From the NCBI RefSeq assembly GCF_006345805.1, contig NC_043007.1:36394001-36458000 (forward strand): a stretch of DNA of 64,000 nt, read 5' to 3'. Below, one piece after another: positions 11,370 through 25,518 of this stretch (position 1 is its first letter; every line of letters starts with the position of its first letter). Source of the DNA: Octopus sinensis. Its lineage: Eukaryota. The position numbers and the translations under genes were made by a program. The notes under the pieces are model-generated. The model was not told the origin of the DNA. It ran no database searches and was given only the letters and a program-made list of their open reading frames with translations.

Positions 11370-11412
<43 letters not shown>

Positions 11413-11886
11413 CCTTTCTACTATAAGCACAAGGCCTGAATTTGGGAAGAGAGGAGTAGTCAACTACATCGATCCCTGTGTTTCACTGGTACTTAATTTA
11501 TTGACCCTGAAAGGATGAAAGGCAAAGTCAACTGCAGTGGAATTTGAACTCAGAACGTAAAGATGAATGAAATGCTGTTAAGCATTTTGCTCAGCACTCT
11601 AACGATTCTGCCACCTCACTGCCTTAAACAACAACAACAACAATAATAATAATAATAATCCTTTCTACTATAGGCAATAATAATAATAATAATAATCCTT
11701 TCTACTATAGACACAAGACCTGAAATTTGCAAGGAGGGGTCTAGTCAATTACATCGACCCCAGTGTATCACTGGTACTTAATTTAGCAATCCCGAAAGCA
11801 TGAAAGGCAAAGTCGACCGTGGCAGAATTTGAACTCAGAATGTATTTTGTCCAACGTGCTAATGATTCTGCCAGCTTGCTGCCTTA

Positions 11887-11922
<36 letters not shown>

Positions 11923-12399
11923 TCTTTCTAATTTTTGGCACAAGGCCAGAAATTTTGAGGGGAAGAAGTTAGTCAATACCATCGGCGCTAGTTTTTGACA
12001 TGTACTTCATTTTATCAACCCCAGAGGAATGTAAAGCAAAGTTTGCTTCAGTAGGATTCGAACTCAGTACGTAAAAAAACAAATCGGAATAAATACCATA
12101 CTACATTTTGTTTGACATACTAACTATTCTGCAGATTCACATCTTATGATTTCTAATAAATATATATTTTTTTGTGATTTTGGCATAGAACCAAAATTTT
12201 GAGAGGAGGGTGTTAGTTGATACCATTGAACCCCAGCAGATGACTGGTACTTTATTTTACTGACTCCTAAGAGATGGAAGGCAAAGCTGACTTTGGGTGG
12301 GATTTGACCTCAGTACATACAAAAATTGGAATAAATGCCTCAGGGTATTTTGTCTGATGTTCTATTGATTTTGCCAATCCACTACTATAATGACTTCAG

Positions 12400-12440
<41 letters not shown>
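10740..12440 (-). repeat. Cluster of degenerate family-B SINEs alternating with (TAA)n tracts
   Basis: At least six successive SINE-B-like units, each abutting (AAT)n. Confidence 0.75.
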
Positions 12441-12441
<1 letters not shown>

Positions 12442-12710
12442 TGAGATAACTTGACTGAAGTGTGGAAAATGAAGAAGGTGAAGATAGTGCCAATTATTGT
12501 CGGGTCCTTGGTGACAGTATCAGAAGGCATCAAGAGGAATATGAAGGAAATGGGAATAGAGTGTCAAGCAGAATGGTTACAAGTTTTACATCCTTGGCAT
12601 GGCCAGAACAATCAGGTAAGTTTTACAGATAGCATGGTACCATAGGTTGCAGATAAGAAGCTCATTATGCATTCAAGGCTCCAGGAGTTCAAACAAAACC
12701 AGAGTTAACA
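12441..12710 (+). mobile_element. R4/Dong-type (REL endonuclease) LINE 3' fragment in (TAA)n
   Basis: EVWKMKKVKIVPIIVGSLVTV...GIECQAEWLQ..LGMARTIR*VL resembles the REL-LINE C-terminus; (TAA)n on both sides. Confidence 0.65.
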
Positions 12711-13029
12711 ATAATAATAATAATAATAATAATAGTTATAATAATGGTTTTCAATTTTGGCACAAGACCAGCAATTGTGGAGGCAAATGCAAGTCAATTA
12801 TATCAACCCCAGTGCTCATCTGGTACTTATTTTATCGACCCCCAAAAGGCTGAAATGCTGCTAGGAATTTAGCCCAGCAATTTGACTACACTGTCAGCTC
12901 ACCACGATGATGATGATGATGATGGTGGTAATAATAATGATAATAATTTGATACAAGAGTAGACAAACAACACGAGAAAAGACAAAAAATAGCAGAACTT
13001 ACAATACAAACTTCAGAGAACCCTTAAAT

Positions 13030-13350
13030 GTAGTGAAGTTGTTACTATCCCAATTGTAATAAAAGCCTCAGGCACATAGTTGTAAGGAATTTAAACGGTT
13101 GGTTAGAGACATTGGATATTGGGCTGAATTTCCTGACATGACAGAAAACCTGTTTGTTTGGCATAGCAAGAACCATAAGAAAGAGACTAGATACATAACG
13201 TTGTAGAATGTGGCTTGGTATCTGGACATCAAGCAATCCAATACCAGCAGAACAAGAAAATTCTGCGTGACTGATGTTAACCAAGAGTGTGATTTAAAGT
13301 GAAGTGACAGGAAAACAGTATGAACATGAGTCAGAGGCAGTGATAGCAAA
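13030..13350 (+). mobile_element. Second R4/Dong-type LINE 3' fragment
   Basis: With a frameshift: VVTIPIVIKASGT/VVRNLNGWLETLDIG...*QKTCLFGIARTIRKRLDT*, then UTR ending in AATAATAATAA. Confidence 0.6.
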
Positions 13351-13440
13351 TAATAATAACCTCAGCAAAATACAAGTTTAATAGACCAGAGAAAAGAAAT
13401 TATGAACAACAATGGAAATCTGTTGCCCATCAGATGTTAA

Positions 13441-13847
13441 TCTTTATATATAAAGCTGAAGTTGTCTGTGTGTGTGTGTGTTTGTGTGGCAGGTTTGGTA
13501 GCCTTCAACTGACACTATCTCCTCCGAGACCCTGCAGCGCAAGTTGACCAAAATTGACAGTATGATAGAAGAAGGCTTGCTCTTCCTTCCGTAGAAGGAA
13601 AAAATTAAAATCGGACCATGTTAAGACCAAAAGTTATTTACTTCGAAAAGGTGCTTTTTTCTGTGAAAATCCCTATTTTTTATGATTTTTTGACTGCTGT
13701 GTCGCCATTTTTCGGTGTATTTCAACCAGAAAATTTTTTGCTTAAAAAGAATAACAAGCTACATAATGCAAAATTTTTACTTTTCAAAAATTCCAATTCT
13801 AAAAGGCCGGAAAGAAAAACCCGAGCAACGCCGGGCTATACTGCTAG
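13441..13847 (+). mobile_element. Non-autonomous Helitron
   Basis: Inserted between A13440 and T13848; 5'-TC; subterminal hairpin CCCGAGCAACGCCGGG (13820-13835); 3'-CTAG. Confidence 0.8.
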
Positions 13848-13929
13848 TATTATGTTAAAGATGAGTGAAAAAAAAAAACATTCTGAATTAATGAGAAATG
13901 TGCAGGTACTCCAGCCAGACTATATAGCT

Positions 13930-14153
13930 TTAAGTTTTTAGCTTTTAAACCAGCCATACCCAGCGCAAATATTTCACCTATTTTATGTTCAAACTGGCCA
14001 CATCTGGCTTCTCATACCTATCCTGCAATGTTATCCTAAAAATAGACAATCATATCACCAAAATCTCAAAGCTATAATGCATGATTAATACAAAACAATG
14101 TGAATAGATAAAACATCACATTCGACAGAGTAATCTGAATGCTAAAGGGTTAA
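13930..14153. mobile_element. piggyBac-type MITE (degenerate left end)
   Basis: Same family as 26185-26413; ends GCTAAAGGG-TTAA. Confidence 0.7.
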
Positions 14154-15018
14154 ATTCATACTTACTGTGAATGCCAGTGTATAAGATACACTTTTTATTC
14201 TTAAATCATCATTGTTTAACGTCCACTTTCCATGCTTGCATGGGTTGGACGATTTTGACTGAGGGTTGATGAACCAGATGGCTTCACCAGGCTCCAATCT
14301 TGATCTGGCATATTTTCTACAGCTTGATGCCCTTCCTAATACCAACCACTCCGAGAGTATAGTGGATGCTTTTACGTGCCACCAGCATGGGGGCCAGTCA
14401 GGCGGTACTAGCAATGACCTCGCTCGAATCTTTTTACACATGCCACCGGCACAGGTGCCAGTAAGGTGATGCTGGTAAAGATCATGCTCGAATGGTGCAT
14501 TTTACGTGTCACCAGCATGGGGGCCAGTTAGCCGCCCTGGCAATGATCACGCTCAGATGGTGCTCTTAGCACCTTACTAGCACGGGCACAAGTGCCAGTA
14601 AGGCGACGCTGGCAATGATCACACGTAGCAAAAAAATTGCCATGCATCAAATGCAACTGTATTATAGATGGGATACCAAGTGAATGAGAGTATGATGAAA
14701 CATATCAAATCTGTTTTTTCCACAAAATATAATTTCCTTCCTCAAAAAAAAATAGGGATTTGTCCCAGATAAGAGGGTGTTCTATACATCAGAAAATACA
14801 GTATCGGAGCACTTGAATGCATAATTACTACCTCAGCAACAATTTTGTGAAGATGGGCTTTACAAAGCCAGAAATAACATGGCCACTTATAAAATTATAG
14901 CTACAAGTCATCGGAGACACTGTGTAAAGATGTAAAACATTCAAGACATTTAGAATGTGATAAGTGCATATACACACATTTAAACGTGTGTATATTCTAC
15001 CATCTGAATGACAGATGG

Positions 15019-15200
15019 TAGAATAATCATAACAACATGGTAATTTTACAATAGAAAATAGCTATGACAACAGGGTAAATTTAATGTAGAAAATAAACTA
15101 TGGCAACAGGGTAATTTCACAGTAGAAAATAGTTAAGACAACAGGGTAGAATAGCTTTGACAATAGAGTAATTTCACTATAGAAAATAGCTATGATAATC
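15019..15200 (+). repeat. Small outlier of the 35-bp satellite
   Basis: About five units of AGAAAATAGCTATGACAACAGGGTAA, about 1.9 kb upstream of the main array. Confidence 0.8.
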
Positions 15201-15238
15201 CATGACTGCACATATGTATACAAGTGCACATACATACA

Positions 15239-15272
<34 letters not shown>

Positions 15273-17079
15273 GTCCAACCCGTGCTAGCACGGAAAATGG
15301 ACATTAAACAATGATGATGATGCATATGTATGGGCACAGATGTGGTTGTGTAGTAAGAAGCTTGCTTCCCAACCACCTGGTTCCAGGTTCAGTCCTACTG
15401 CATGGTACCTTGAGCAAGTTTCTTCTACTATAGCCTCAGGCTGACCAAAGCCTTGTGAATGGATTCGGTAGATGGAAACTGAAAGAAACCCATCATATAT
15501 ATGTGTATGTGTATGCGTAAATATGTATCTATGTGTGTGTCTTTGTGTCAGTTTTTGTCCCTGTGTTCCTGTAACTTAATGGTTCAGCAAAAAAGACCAA
15601 TAGAATAATTACCAGGATTGAAAATGCAAATAAGTAGTTGGGTTGATTCATTTGGATAAAATCTTTCAAGGCAGTGCCCCAGCATGGCTTGAGTCTAATA
15701 ACTGAAACAAAGTAAAAGATAAAAGAAAAAAAATATGTGTATGCATAAGTACATGACCACCCCACTGATTTGACTAAATTCCAAAGAAAGAGTCTTGTTT
15801 TGAATTTCAAACCAGCATTTTTTTCTATTAGGGAAAAAATAATAGCAAACTAAAACCAGAGCACATACTATGAGCTTCCACACAGTTTCCATTTACCAGA
15901 TTTCACTCATAAGGTATCATTTAACCTAAAGGTTTGATAAAAAAAAGAAAAATAGTAAAATCTTATACAATGTGTTGTAGAATAGGATTGAATCAGGTAC
16001 CACAAGGTTGAAAACCAAACTTCTTAACCATTCAACCACGCCTTTGCCTTTCATTCTTCCAGTGGTTGATAAAACAAGTACCAGTGATATACTGAGGTCT
16101 GTTTATTCAACTGAATATATTCCCCTTTAAATTTTCTATCCATGTGCAAACATTAAAAGTTAATATTAAGAGCAGATGGGTCAATAAAATAAGTACCAGT
16201 TGAATATTGGGGTCAATGTAACCAACTTAGCTCTCCCTTAAAATTGCTGGTCATGCGCCTAAATTTGAAACTAATATTAAAAGGGGACAGTAGATCAATA
16301 GAGAATTAGACAAACATGCTTTCAGAACTTTTTCTCTTTTTTTTTTTTTTAACTTGTTTCAGTCATTTTGACTGCGGCCATGCTGGAGCAGCGCCTTTAA
16401 TCGAGCAAATCGACCCCGGAACTTTTTCTTTGTAAGCCCAGTACTTATTCTATCGGTCTCTTTTGCCGAACCGCTAAGTTACAGGGACATAAACACACCA
16501 GCATCGGTTGTCAAGCAATGCTAGGGGGACAAACAGACACACAAACATACACGCACATACATATATATACATATATACGACGGGCTTCTTTCAGTTTCCG
16601 TCTACCAAATCCACTCACAAGGCTTTGGTCGGCCCAAGGCTATAGTAGAAGACACTTGCCCAAGGTACCACGCAGTGGGACTGAACCCGGAACCATGTGG
16701 TTGGTAAACAAGCTACTTACCACACAGCCACTCCTGCGCCTAATTGTGATCTTTTACATTCAGTTTGATTCCAACCAGAGTCAACTTCACCTTTCATTCT
16801 TCCATGAGGGTTAGTAAGCTATAAAAACAATCAAGTACTATTCTTTCCCCACAAAACCTTGTGGCCTTGTGCCTACGTCAGAAATCAATATTAAAAGATT
16901 TTTTTTTAAATGCCAACAGTAATAACTGCAACAACAAACAAAATGACAATGACACTGTTGTATAAAATGTTATGTAGAAATTGTAAAAATTCATGAGCAA
17001 CAGTATTGTGACAAGTGAGCACAGAAAATATGAAAATAATAATTAAAACAAGCCTCAGAAAAGAGCCATAGCAAAAGCA

Positions 17080-19380
17080 TCATTTTACCACTGAAAATAT
17101 TCATGACTAATAAGTAATTTTACCACTGAAAATAGTCATAATAAAGTGTAGTTTTACAACTGAAAACAGTCAAGAGTAATGTGTAATTGTATCATTGAAA
17201 ACAGCCATGATCAAAGTGTAGTTTTAACAGTGAAGTAGTCAAACAGAGTTGTCTAACTACGTAAAATATATCAATGAATACAGGGTAGTTTTATTACAGA
17301 AAAATATCCATGAGTATAGGGTAGATTTTAACAAATATATAGCCATGACAACAGAGTAGTTTTGCAGCAAAATGCAACCATAATGACTTGTAGATTTTTT
17401 TTGTTTTTGTCAGAGAAAAATAGCTGTGATGAAAAGGGTAGTTTTAAAGTAGAAAATAATTATAACAACAGAGTAATTCTACAGTAGAAAATAGCTATGA
17501 CAATTTTAGTTTTACAGTAGAAAACAGCTATAACAACAGGGTAGATTTACAGTAGAAAATAGCTATGACAACAGGGTAATTTTACAGTAGAAAATAGCTT
17601 TGATGACAGGGTAGTTTTACAGTAGAAAATAACTAAGACGGCAGTAGAATAATCATTGCAACATGGTAATTTTACAACAGAAAACAGCTATGACAACAGG
17701 GTAGATTTACTGTAGAAAATAAACTCTGACAATGGTAATTTTACAATAGAAAATAGTTATAACAAGGCAGAATAGCTATGACAACTGGGTAGAGTCACAG
17801 AAGAAAATAGCTATGACAACAGGGTAGTTTTACAGTAGAAAATAGCTATGACAACAGGGTAGTTTTACAGTAGAAAATAGCTATAACAGATGGTAGAATA
17901 ATCACGACAACAGGGTAATTTTACAGTAGAGCATAGCTATGACAACAGGGTAGATTTACTGTAGAAAATAAACTATGACAACAGGGTAGTTTTACAGTAG
18001 AAAATAGTTATAACAAGGCAGAATAGCTATGACAACAGGGTAGTTTTACAGTAGAAAATAGCTATAACATATGGTAGAATAATTATGACAACAGGATAAT
18101 TTTACAGTAGAGCATAGCTATGACAACAGGGTAGATTTACTGTAGAAAATAAACTATGACAACAGGGTAGTTTCACAGTAGAAAATAGTTATAACAAGGC
18201 AGAATAGCTATGACAACAGGGTAGTTTTACAGTAGAAAATAGCTATGACAACAGGGTAATTTTACAGTAGAAAATAGCTTTGATGACAGGGTAGTTTTAC
18301 AGTAGAAAATAACTAAGACGGCAGTAGAATAATCATTGCAACATGGTAATTTTACAACAGAAAACAGCTATGACAACAGGGTAGATTTACTGTAGAAAAT
18401 AAACTCTGACAATGGTAATTTTACAATAGAAAATAGTTATAACAAGGCAGAATAGCTATGACAACTGGGTAGAGTCACAGAAGAAAATAGCTATGACAAC
18501 AGGGTAGTTTTACAGTAGAAAATAGCTATGACAACAGGGTAGTTTTACAGTAGAAAATAGCTATAACAGATGGTAGAATAATCACGACAACAGGGTAATT
18601 TTACAGTAGAGCATAGCTATGACAACAGGGTAGATTTACTGTAGAAAATAAACTATGACAACAGGGTAGTTTTACAGTAGAAAATAGTTATAACAAGGCA
18701 GAATAGCTATGACAACAGGGTAGTTTTACAGTAGAAAATAGCTATAACATATGGTAGAATAATTATGACAACAGGATAATTTTACAGTAGAGCATAGCTA
18801 TGACAACAGGGTAGATTTACTGTAGAAAATAAACTATGACAACAGGGTAGTTTCACAGTAGAAAATAGTTATAACAAGGCAGAATAGCTATGACAACAGG
18901 GTAGTTTTACAGTAGAAAATAGCTATAACAGATGGTAGAATAATCAGGACAACAGGATAATTTTACAGTAGAGCATAGCTATAACACCAGGGTAGATTTA
19001 CTGTAGAAAATAAACTATGACAACAGGGTAGAATAGGAATAGCTATGACAATAATGTAATTTTACTGTAGAGAATAGCTTTGACATCAGGGTAGATTTAC
19101 AATAGAAAATAGCTATGACAGCAGGGTAAAATAATTATAAGGTAATTTTACATTAGAAAATAGCAATTATAACAGGGTAATTGTACTGTAGAAAATAGTC
19201 ATAACAGGGTAGGATTACAGTAGAAAAGAGCTATGACAAGGTAATTTCACAGTAGAAAATAGATATGACAACAGGATAATTTTACAGTTATGATAGCTAT
19301 GAAAACAGGGTGGATTTACAATAAAAAATAGCTATGACACTTTTGGTTTTACTGTAGAAAATAGCTGTAACAACAGGCAG
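17080..19380 (+). repeat. 35-bp-unit satellite with higher-order structure
   Basis: Consensus ACAGTAGAAAATAGCTATGACAACAGGGTAGTTTT; 17551-18230 is repeated at 18231-18910; degenerate flanks. Confidence 0.95.
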
Positions 19381-21440
19381 ATTTTATTTTAAAAAATCTT
19401 TTTAATCTGTAGTGGTATGTAGTTACTACAAATGAAAATATTGTTATATTAAGTTTTGACTTATTCATCCAAATTGGAAGCATTGAAGATAATTTTTGCA
19501 ATCATTATTATTATTTTTATTACAGGCACAAGTTTGTTTGCTTTTTTTCTTTTATTTTACAATAATAAAAAAAAAATTTTTTCATAGTAAAACATGATGG
19601 AAAATTAGAAAAAAAATAAATTAAAAAATTGGCTTATAAATCTCAAGGCTTTAAGAAGAATTGCAGTACCAAGGCATTCCACATTTTCAAACACAGCCTT
19701 GTATTTAGCATACAAGATAAAATACCCACAGAGTTCTTGTCAATTCTTAAAATTTTCCTTTATATTTTGTTAGATATTTCAGATGGACAGAAGATGCCCT
19801 GACAGAATGCCAAGAAAGTTCTTTGACTGACCACATTCTTATAACAGGTACAAGATGAACCAACAAGGGAGAGAGAAAGAGAGAGAGAGGTGGGGTATAA
19901 TGTGGTCACACATCCTGCAAGAAACAGCAGCTACATCTCCTTCATACTATACCCTAACATCTCAAAATCAAAAGGACACATGGAATAAAGCAGTCCAGTA
20001 TATATTATGCTTAGAAAAAAGGGAAAAAAAAAATGAAAAAAAATCATCAAACATGGTCATGGCTGGAATGCCTTTGACCATAGGTCTGCTTAATCAAAGC
20101 CAACTTGGGGCTAATCTGCAAATCAGCTACAAGACACACAACACTTGTTTAATCTCTTTTTTTTTTGTCTTTTTTGTTGTTGTTGGATACATTTTTACCA
20201 AATGATTAATAAAAAAAAACCATGAACTAATAAACTTGTTTAATTTGAACAAATTGTTATTGTAAAAATATTTACAATTTATTTTTTCTTTTGTCTTTTG
20301 TTGTTGTCCATTAGGAACAAGAAATAAGGCAATAATTTCCATATAAAATATAAATAAAGAAAAAATGGAAGCAAAAAAAAACAGATAAATAAATAAAAGA
20401 GTATTTAAAACAGTTGATGTATATTATATATACATACATATGTATTTATATGTATGCATACACATATATATACACAAACATGTGTGTGTGTAAGTGATGT
20501 GCATGTGTATGCATGTATATATACATCTGTGCATTTATGTTTGTGTGAAACAGATATAAAATGATGATGGTGATTATACATACATACACACACACACATA
20601 TATATATATATACATATATATATACGTATATATATATATATATATATGTATATGTACATATATATATATGTATATGTATGTGTATATATGTGTGTGTGTA
20701 TGTATATATATTTATATAGTGTATATGTATGAAGGTATATATATAAATATATATAGTGTGTGTATATATATATATTATATATAAATGTACACATACATAT
20801 TTACACTCATATATACATGTGTGTATAAATGTGAGTGTGTGTATGTAAATGCGAACAGGATTGTTGAAAACTAAGTGTCTTGGTTATAGTTACAGAACAG
20901 TGAATTATACCATCCTAGGGTACCTACCAACAGCTAGGTTAGATTTAGCTATAAAGTGTTAAGCATAGCAATATATATATATATATTATGTGGATGATAT
21001 CAATTGTGAGAGGCTGGCCCTGCATCAGGTAGAATGGTGCTGCTCTTTTGACTTGAGAGACAAATAAAGTTTAGGAAGAAATATCCACCATCAAAAATAT
21101 CTGTGAATAAAAGACCTTTGCTTCGCTTCACTCTGGCAAGCAATAATTTATGTAATTAAAAAATCCATTATTAACAATAGTAAGCACCAATTTTAATTAC
21201 TTTGGCAATATATTTTAATATATTTGGCAATAAAATGGATGTAAGCATTTATTGTTAAACTGAGATTGATGATGACCTTTCACATGAAAAGTCTTTTTCA
21301 AAATCCTGCAAAAATACAAAAGCAAATACACTGGCACACACACAAAAAAAAAAAAAACACACACACACACACACATAAGAAATCCTTGACTGCGGTTAAA
21401 GGAAAGCTTGTAAAGAGAGAATCAAGTCAGATATGTGGCT

Positions 21441-21668
21441 TTAACCCTTTCGTTACCAACCCGGCTGAAACCAGCCCTGGGTCTCAGTACAAATGTCTTG
21501 TTTTCATAAGTTTTGAATTAAAATCTTCCACCAAACCTTAGTCACAATTTATGTTCCTAACACTGGCTGAATGATAACTAAGTTATTTTACAAAATTCTT
21601 TGTAATATTTAAAGTAATTGAAAGAAACACAGAGCATCTCAACAGAAATACAGTAACAAAAGGGTTAA
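21441..21668. mobile_element. piggyBac-type MITE, second family
   Basis: TTAA-CCCTTTCGTTAC...GTAACAAAAGGG-TTAA. Confidence 0.8.
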
Positions 21669-22107
21669 TGAATCCAAAATCTCAGTCTTCAGTAACATCA
21701 CAGTGGTTTGAGGAAAATATTTATTTTCTGTTTTCCTTCATTGAGAGAGAGAAAGAGAGGGAAAGGGGGAGAAAGGGAGTGAGAGAGACAGAGAGAGATT
21801 ATATCTCATATGGAGAATCTGTCACTCATGATGCAAAGTCACAATAATTACAGACAGAACTTCCAGCCAATGAATGAATGATCAAGAAAGAATAAACAGA
21901 CATTAGGAATGTAACAGATATGAATCCAAAGACCAAGTCTTCAATAACATGAGTGAGAGAAAATAACAAATTATCAGACACACACACATAGTTAATAAGT
22001 ACTAACAATATGTTTAGCACATTGTGGAAGAATGCATAATAACCATTTAAAACATACATACAGCATCATGTTCGACTTTAATTTCTTGTATGATATATTG
22101 TAGGATA

Positions 22108-22450
22108 TAATAATAATGAAATTATTGTATACAGTGCTCAGGTGCACCACAACTTGTCAGAAAGTGCATATAAAGTACATGCAGTAATGTAGAAATGTCT
22201 GGAAAGCGAACAATGTATGAGTCAGATACATGCTTGTGTGTGTATGGAGGGGAGAAAATCAAGTGTAGTGTTGGCGAATCTCAGGAAGCATGGAAGTTTT
22301 GAAGGATGCAGTGCTCCGACAACTAACAACTGATGCCAGCAGTTTGTTCCATGCTTCAGCAACTCTCAGCGTGAAAAAATGTTTCCTGAAGTCATGGGAG
22401 CTGTGCTGTTTTCTTACTTTGTAAATATGTCCACAGGTGTTAGATGGGTG
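22108..22450 (-). mobile_element. CR1-type LINE 3' end
   Basis: Minus strand NTCGHIYKVRKQHSSHDFRKHFFTLRVAEAWNKL..SVV.CRSTASFK, followed by UTR and (ATT)n. Confidence 0.8.
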
Positions 22451-24716
22451 GAAAGAAATTTTGTTATATGATCATTAACACAATTCCCCACTTCTTATAT
22501 CATTAAAAAAAGGATATTACATGAGAAACTCTGTGTAATAAGAGTTAATTGTCAGTGATCACACTGAGCGAAATGCTTAGTGGCATTTCATCTGCCGTAA
22601 TGTTCTGAGTTCAAATTCTGCCGAGGTCAACTTTGCCTTTCATCCTTTCGGGGGTCGATAAATTAAGTACCAGTTATGCACTGGGGTCGATGTAATTGAC
22701 TTAACCCCTTTGTCTGTCCTTGTTTGCCCCCTCTATGTTTAGCCCCTTGTGGGTAATAAAGAAATAAGAGTGAATTGTCAGCATTTTAATGTGTGTGTGT
22801 GTGTGTATGTACATACACATGCACACATATATCTGCATATATATTATATACATATACACAAATATTACATATTTTTTAAAATTTTATTTTATCTAGTTTC
22901 AGCTCATGAGCTGTGGCCATGCTGGGGCACACATATATTATTTATATGCGGCCAATATTTTTAAAGTGGTTGAAGGGATTTAAGGGAGATATAGCAGCTA
23001 TTTCTAGCAGGCTGATAAACTGTGTAGAGGTAGTTCTCAGCTTGAACTCTTATTGGTATTGTTGTTTAGCCCTGAGTAAATCCTGATTGAGGAGATTTAT
23101 GATCAAAGGCTCTCTGTCTTGTCTTTTTATTTCTAGGTATAGTGTACCGCTGACTACATACTCAACATGTGCTCTCCCTTACCATCTTAAGGGGAAAAAA
23201 TTAAAAACCAGCAGGTATTTCGCTTGTGTTCCATTACTTCTATGATTCTACTACCAAACAGCATTTATAATAATCATCATCATCATCATCATCGTTTAAC
23301 GTCCGTTTTCCGCGCTAGCATGGGTTGGACGGTTCGACCGGGGTCTGGGGAGCCAGGGGCTGCTCCAGGCCCCAGTCTGATCTGGCAGTGTTTCTACAGC
23401 TGGATGCCTTTCCTAACGCCAACCACTCTGCGAGTGTAGTGGGTGCTTTTTACGTGCCACCTGCACAGGTGCCAGAGGGGTCTGGCATCGGCCACGATCG
23501 GTTGGTGCTTTTTATGTGCCACCGGCACAGAAGCCAGTCGAGGCGGTGCTGGCATCGGCCACATTCGGATGGTGCTTTTTATGTGCCACTGGCACAGAAG
23601 CCAGTCGAGGTGGTGCTGGTGATAATGGTTTAAAATTTTGTCACAAGGCCAGCAGTTCGGGGGAGCGGCTAAGTCAATTACATCGATCCCAGCACTCAAC
23701 TGGTACTTATTTTATCAACCCCCATAAGGGATGAAAGGCAGTTAGCCTTACTGAAATTTGAACTCAGAAAGTAAGGACGGATGAAATGCTGCTAAGCATT
23801 TTGCCCGGCGTGTTAACGATTCAGCCAGCTTGCCACCTTAATAATGATAATTATAATTATTTTTATTGTTGTTGTTGCATTGAGTGAGAAATCAGTGCAT
23901 GCCATCAAAATGACACTGGGGTAAAATGAACGAAGCCCAGTATACCCATCATGACTACCCGTCTGATAAGGGTACACCAGGCACATGCATCACAACCATA
24001 TGTGCACGACATGGTGATCTCATATAAAGATAAACAGCGCATGACCTTGCAGGTGGGGCCCAGTTAGAATTTCTTTCAGGTCGAGTAGCCATCCCGCTCA
24101 AAAGGTCCCTGAATAAGGGTTATTTCCAGAGGTGAATTATTCAAACCCCAAAGAATCCCTCTTAACACATGGCTATGATGCTCCTCCACTACTTTTGCTT
24201 GTGATCAGAGATGCACATATCGTCAACCACTAAGGGACATGCTTATTATTATTATTATTATTATAATTTATGCACATGGCAAGTAGTTTTGAGGGTAGGG
24301 GTTAATGACTGGTATTTTATTTTATCAAAATGAGGATGAAAGGAAAAGTTGACCTTCACAGGAATTGAACTCAGAACATAATGTGTCAGAACAAACACTG
24401 CGGGAAATTTTTTTCTGCTGTTCTAATGATTCTTGCAATCCACTACCTTAGGATTTAAACTCAGAATATAAGGAACCTTATCGAATAGTCTCAACATAAT
24501 TTATTTCATGCTCTACTAATTCTACCATATGTGAATATTATATGAATATAGGCGCAGGCATGGCTGTGTGGTAAGAAGCTTACTTCCCAACCACATGGTT
24601 CCAGGTTCAGTCCCATTGTGTCGCAACTTAGACAAGTGTTCTCTACTTTACACTTGAGCCAACCAAAGCCCTGAGAGTGGATATGGTAGACGGATACTGA
24701 AAGAAGCCTGTTGTAA

Positions 24717-24750
<34 letters not shown>

Positions 24751-25379
24751 TACCACCACCACTTTACAGCTGGTATTAGTTATGTCCCCATAACTTGGTG
24801 GCTCAGCAAAAGAGACTGATAGAATAAGTACCAGGCTTAAAAAAAACGAGTACTGAAGTTGATCCATTCGACTAAAGATTCTTCAAAACAGTTGTCCCAG
24901 CAGGCTGCAGTCTAATGATTGAAATAAGAAAAGATATAATTTATAATAAATGAATATAAAATACAGGGTGTGGCCCAAAATAGCCCCTTCCATATTTTGC
25001 AGATTGACAGACATCTCAACAGCAAAAGGACAGTGTGTATCACTGTAAACTATGATGGTAACTACCAAAAAAAAAAAGACACTGTTACCACACTAACTGT
25101 ATTAACATCCACACCAATGGTCATATAAAACATGGGTTGAATTTCTGTTGCATCTTGTATATAATAAATGATTGGATGAACTGAGATATGAGGGAAGAAT
25201 CAGTGGACATTTTATGATATATATATAGTACACCCAAGTGACGACTGAGGCACAAGAACATTACATGTCCTTTCAAAGTGTCACATGACGTTATAAAGGT
25301 ATCACATGACCCTTAGATTACATCACATTGATATATCAATAATTTACAGGTCTACATTCTCAGTGAGATAATGTGTGCA

Positions 25380-25396
25380 TATACATACCCCACCAC

Positions 25397-25433
<37 letters not shown>

Positions 25434-25487
25434 TTGTGTGTGTGTATACATATATATATATATTATATATGTATGTATATATATATG

Positions 25488-25518
<31 letters not shown>

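Noticed and set aside
17080-19380. CRISPR-like array or repeat-protein gene
   Set aside because: No unique spacers; the 35-bp unit is not a multiple of 3 and stops recur; eukaryotic satellite.
19783-19847. Possible orphan plus-strand exon (TTTCAG|...WTEDALTECQESSLTDHILIT|GTACAA)
   Set aside because: Weak donor, no recognisable homology and no partner exons; the in-phase join to 26533 fails because that segment is a LINE zinc-finger relic.
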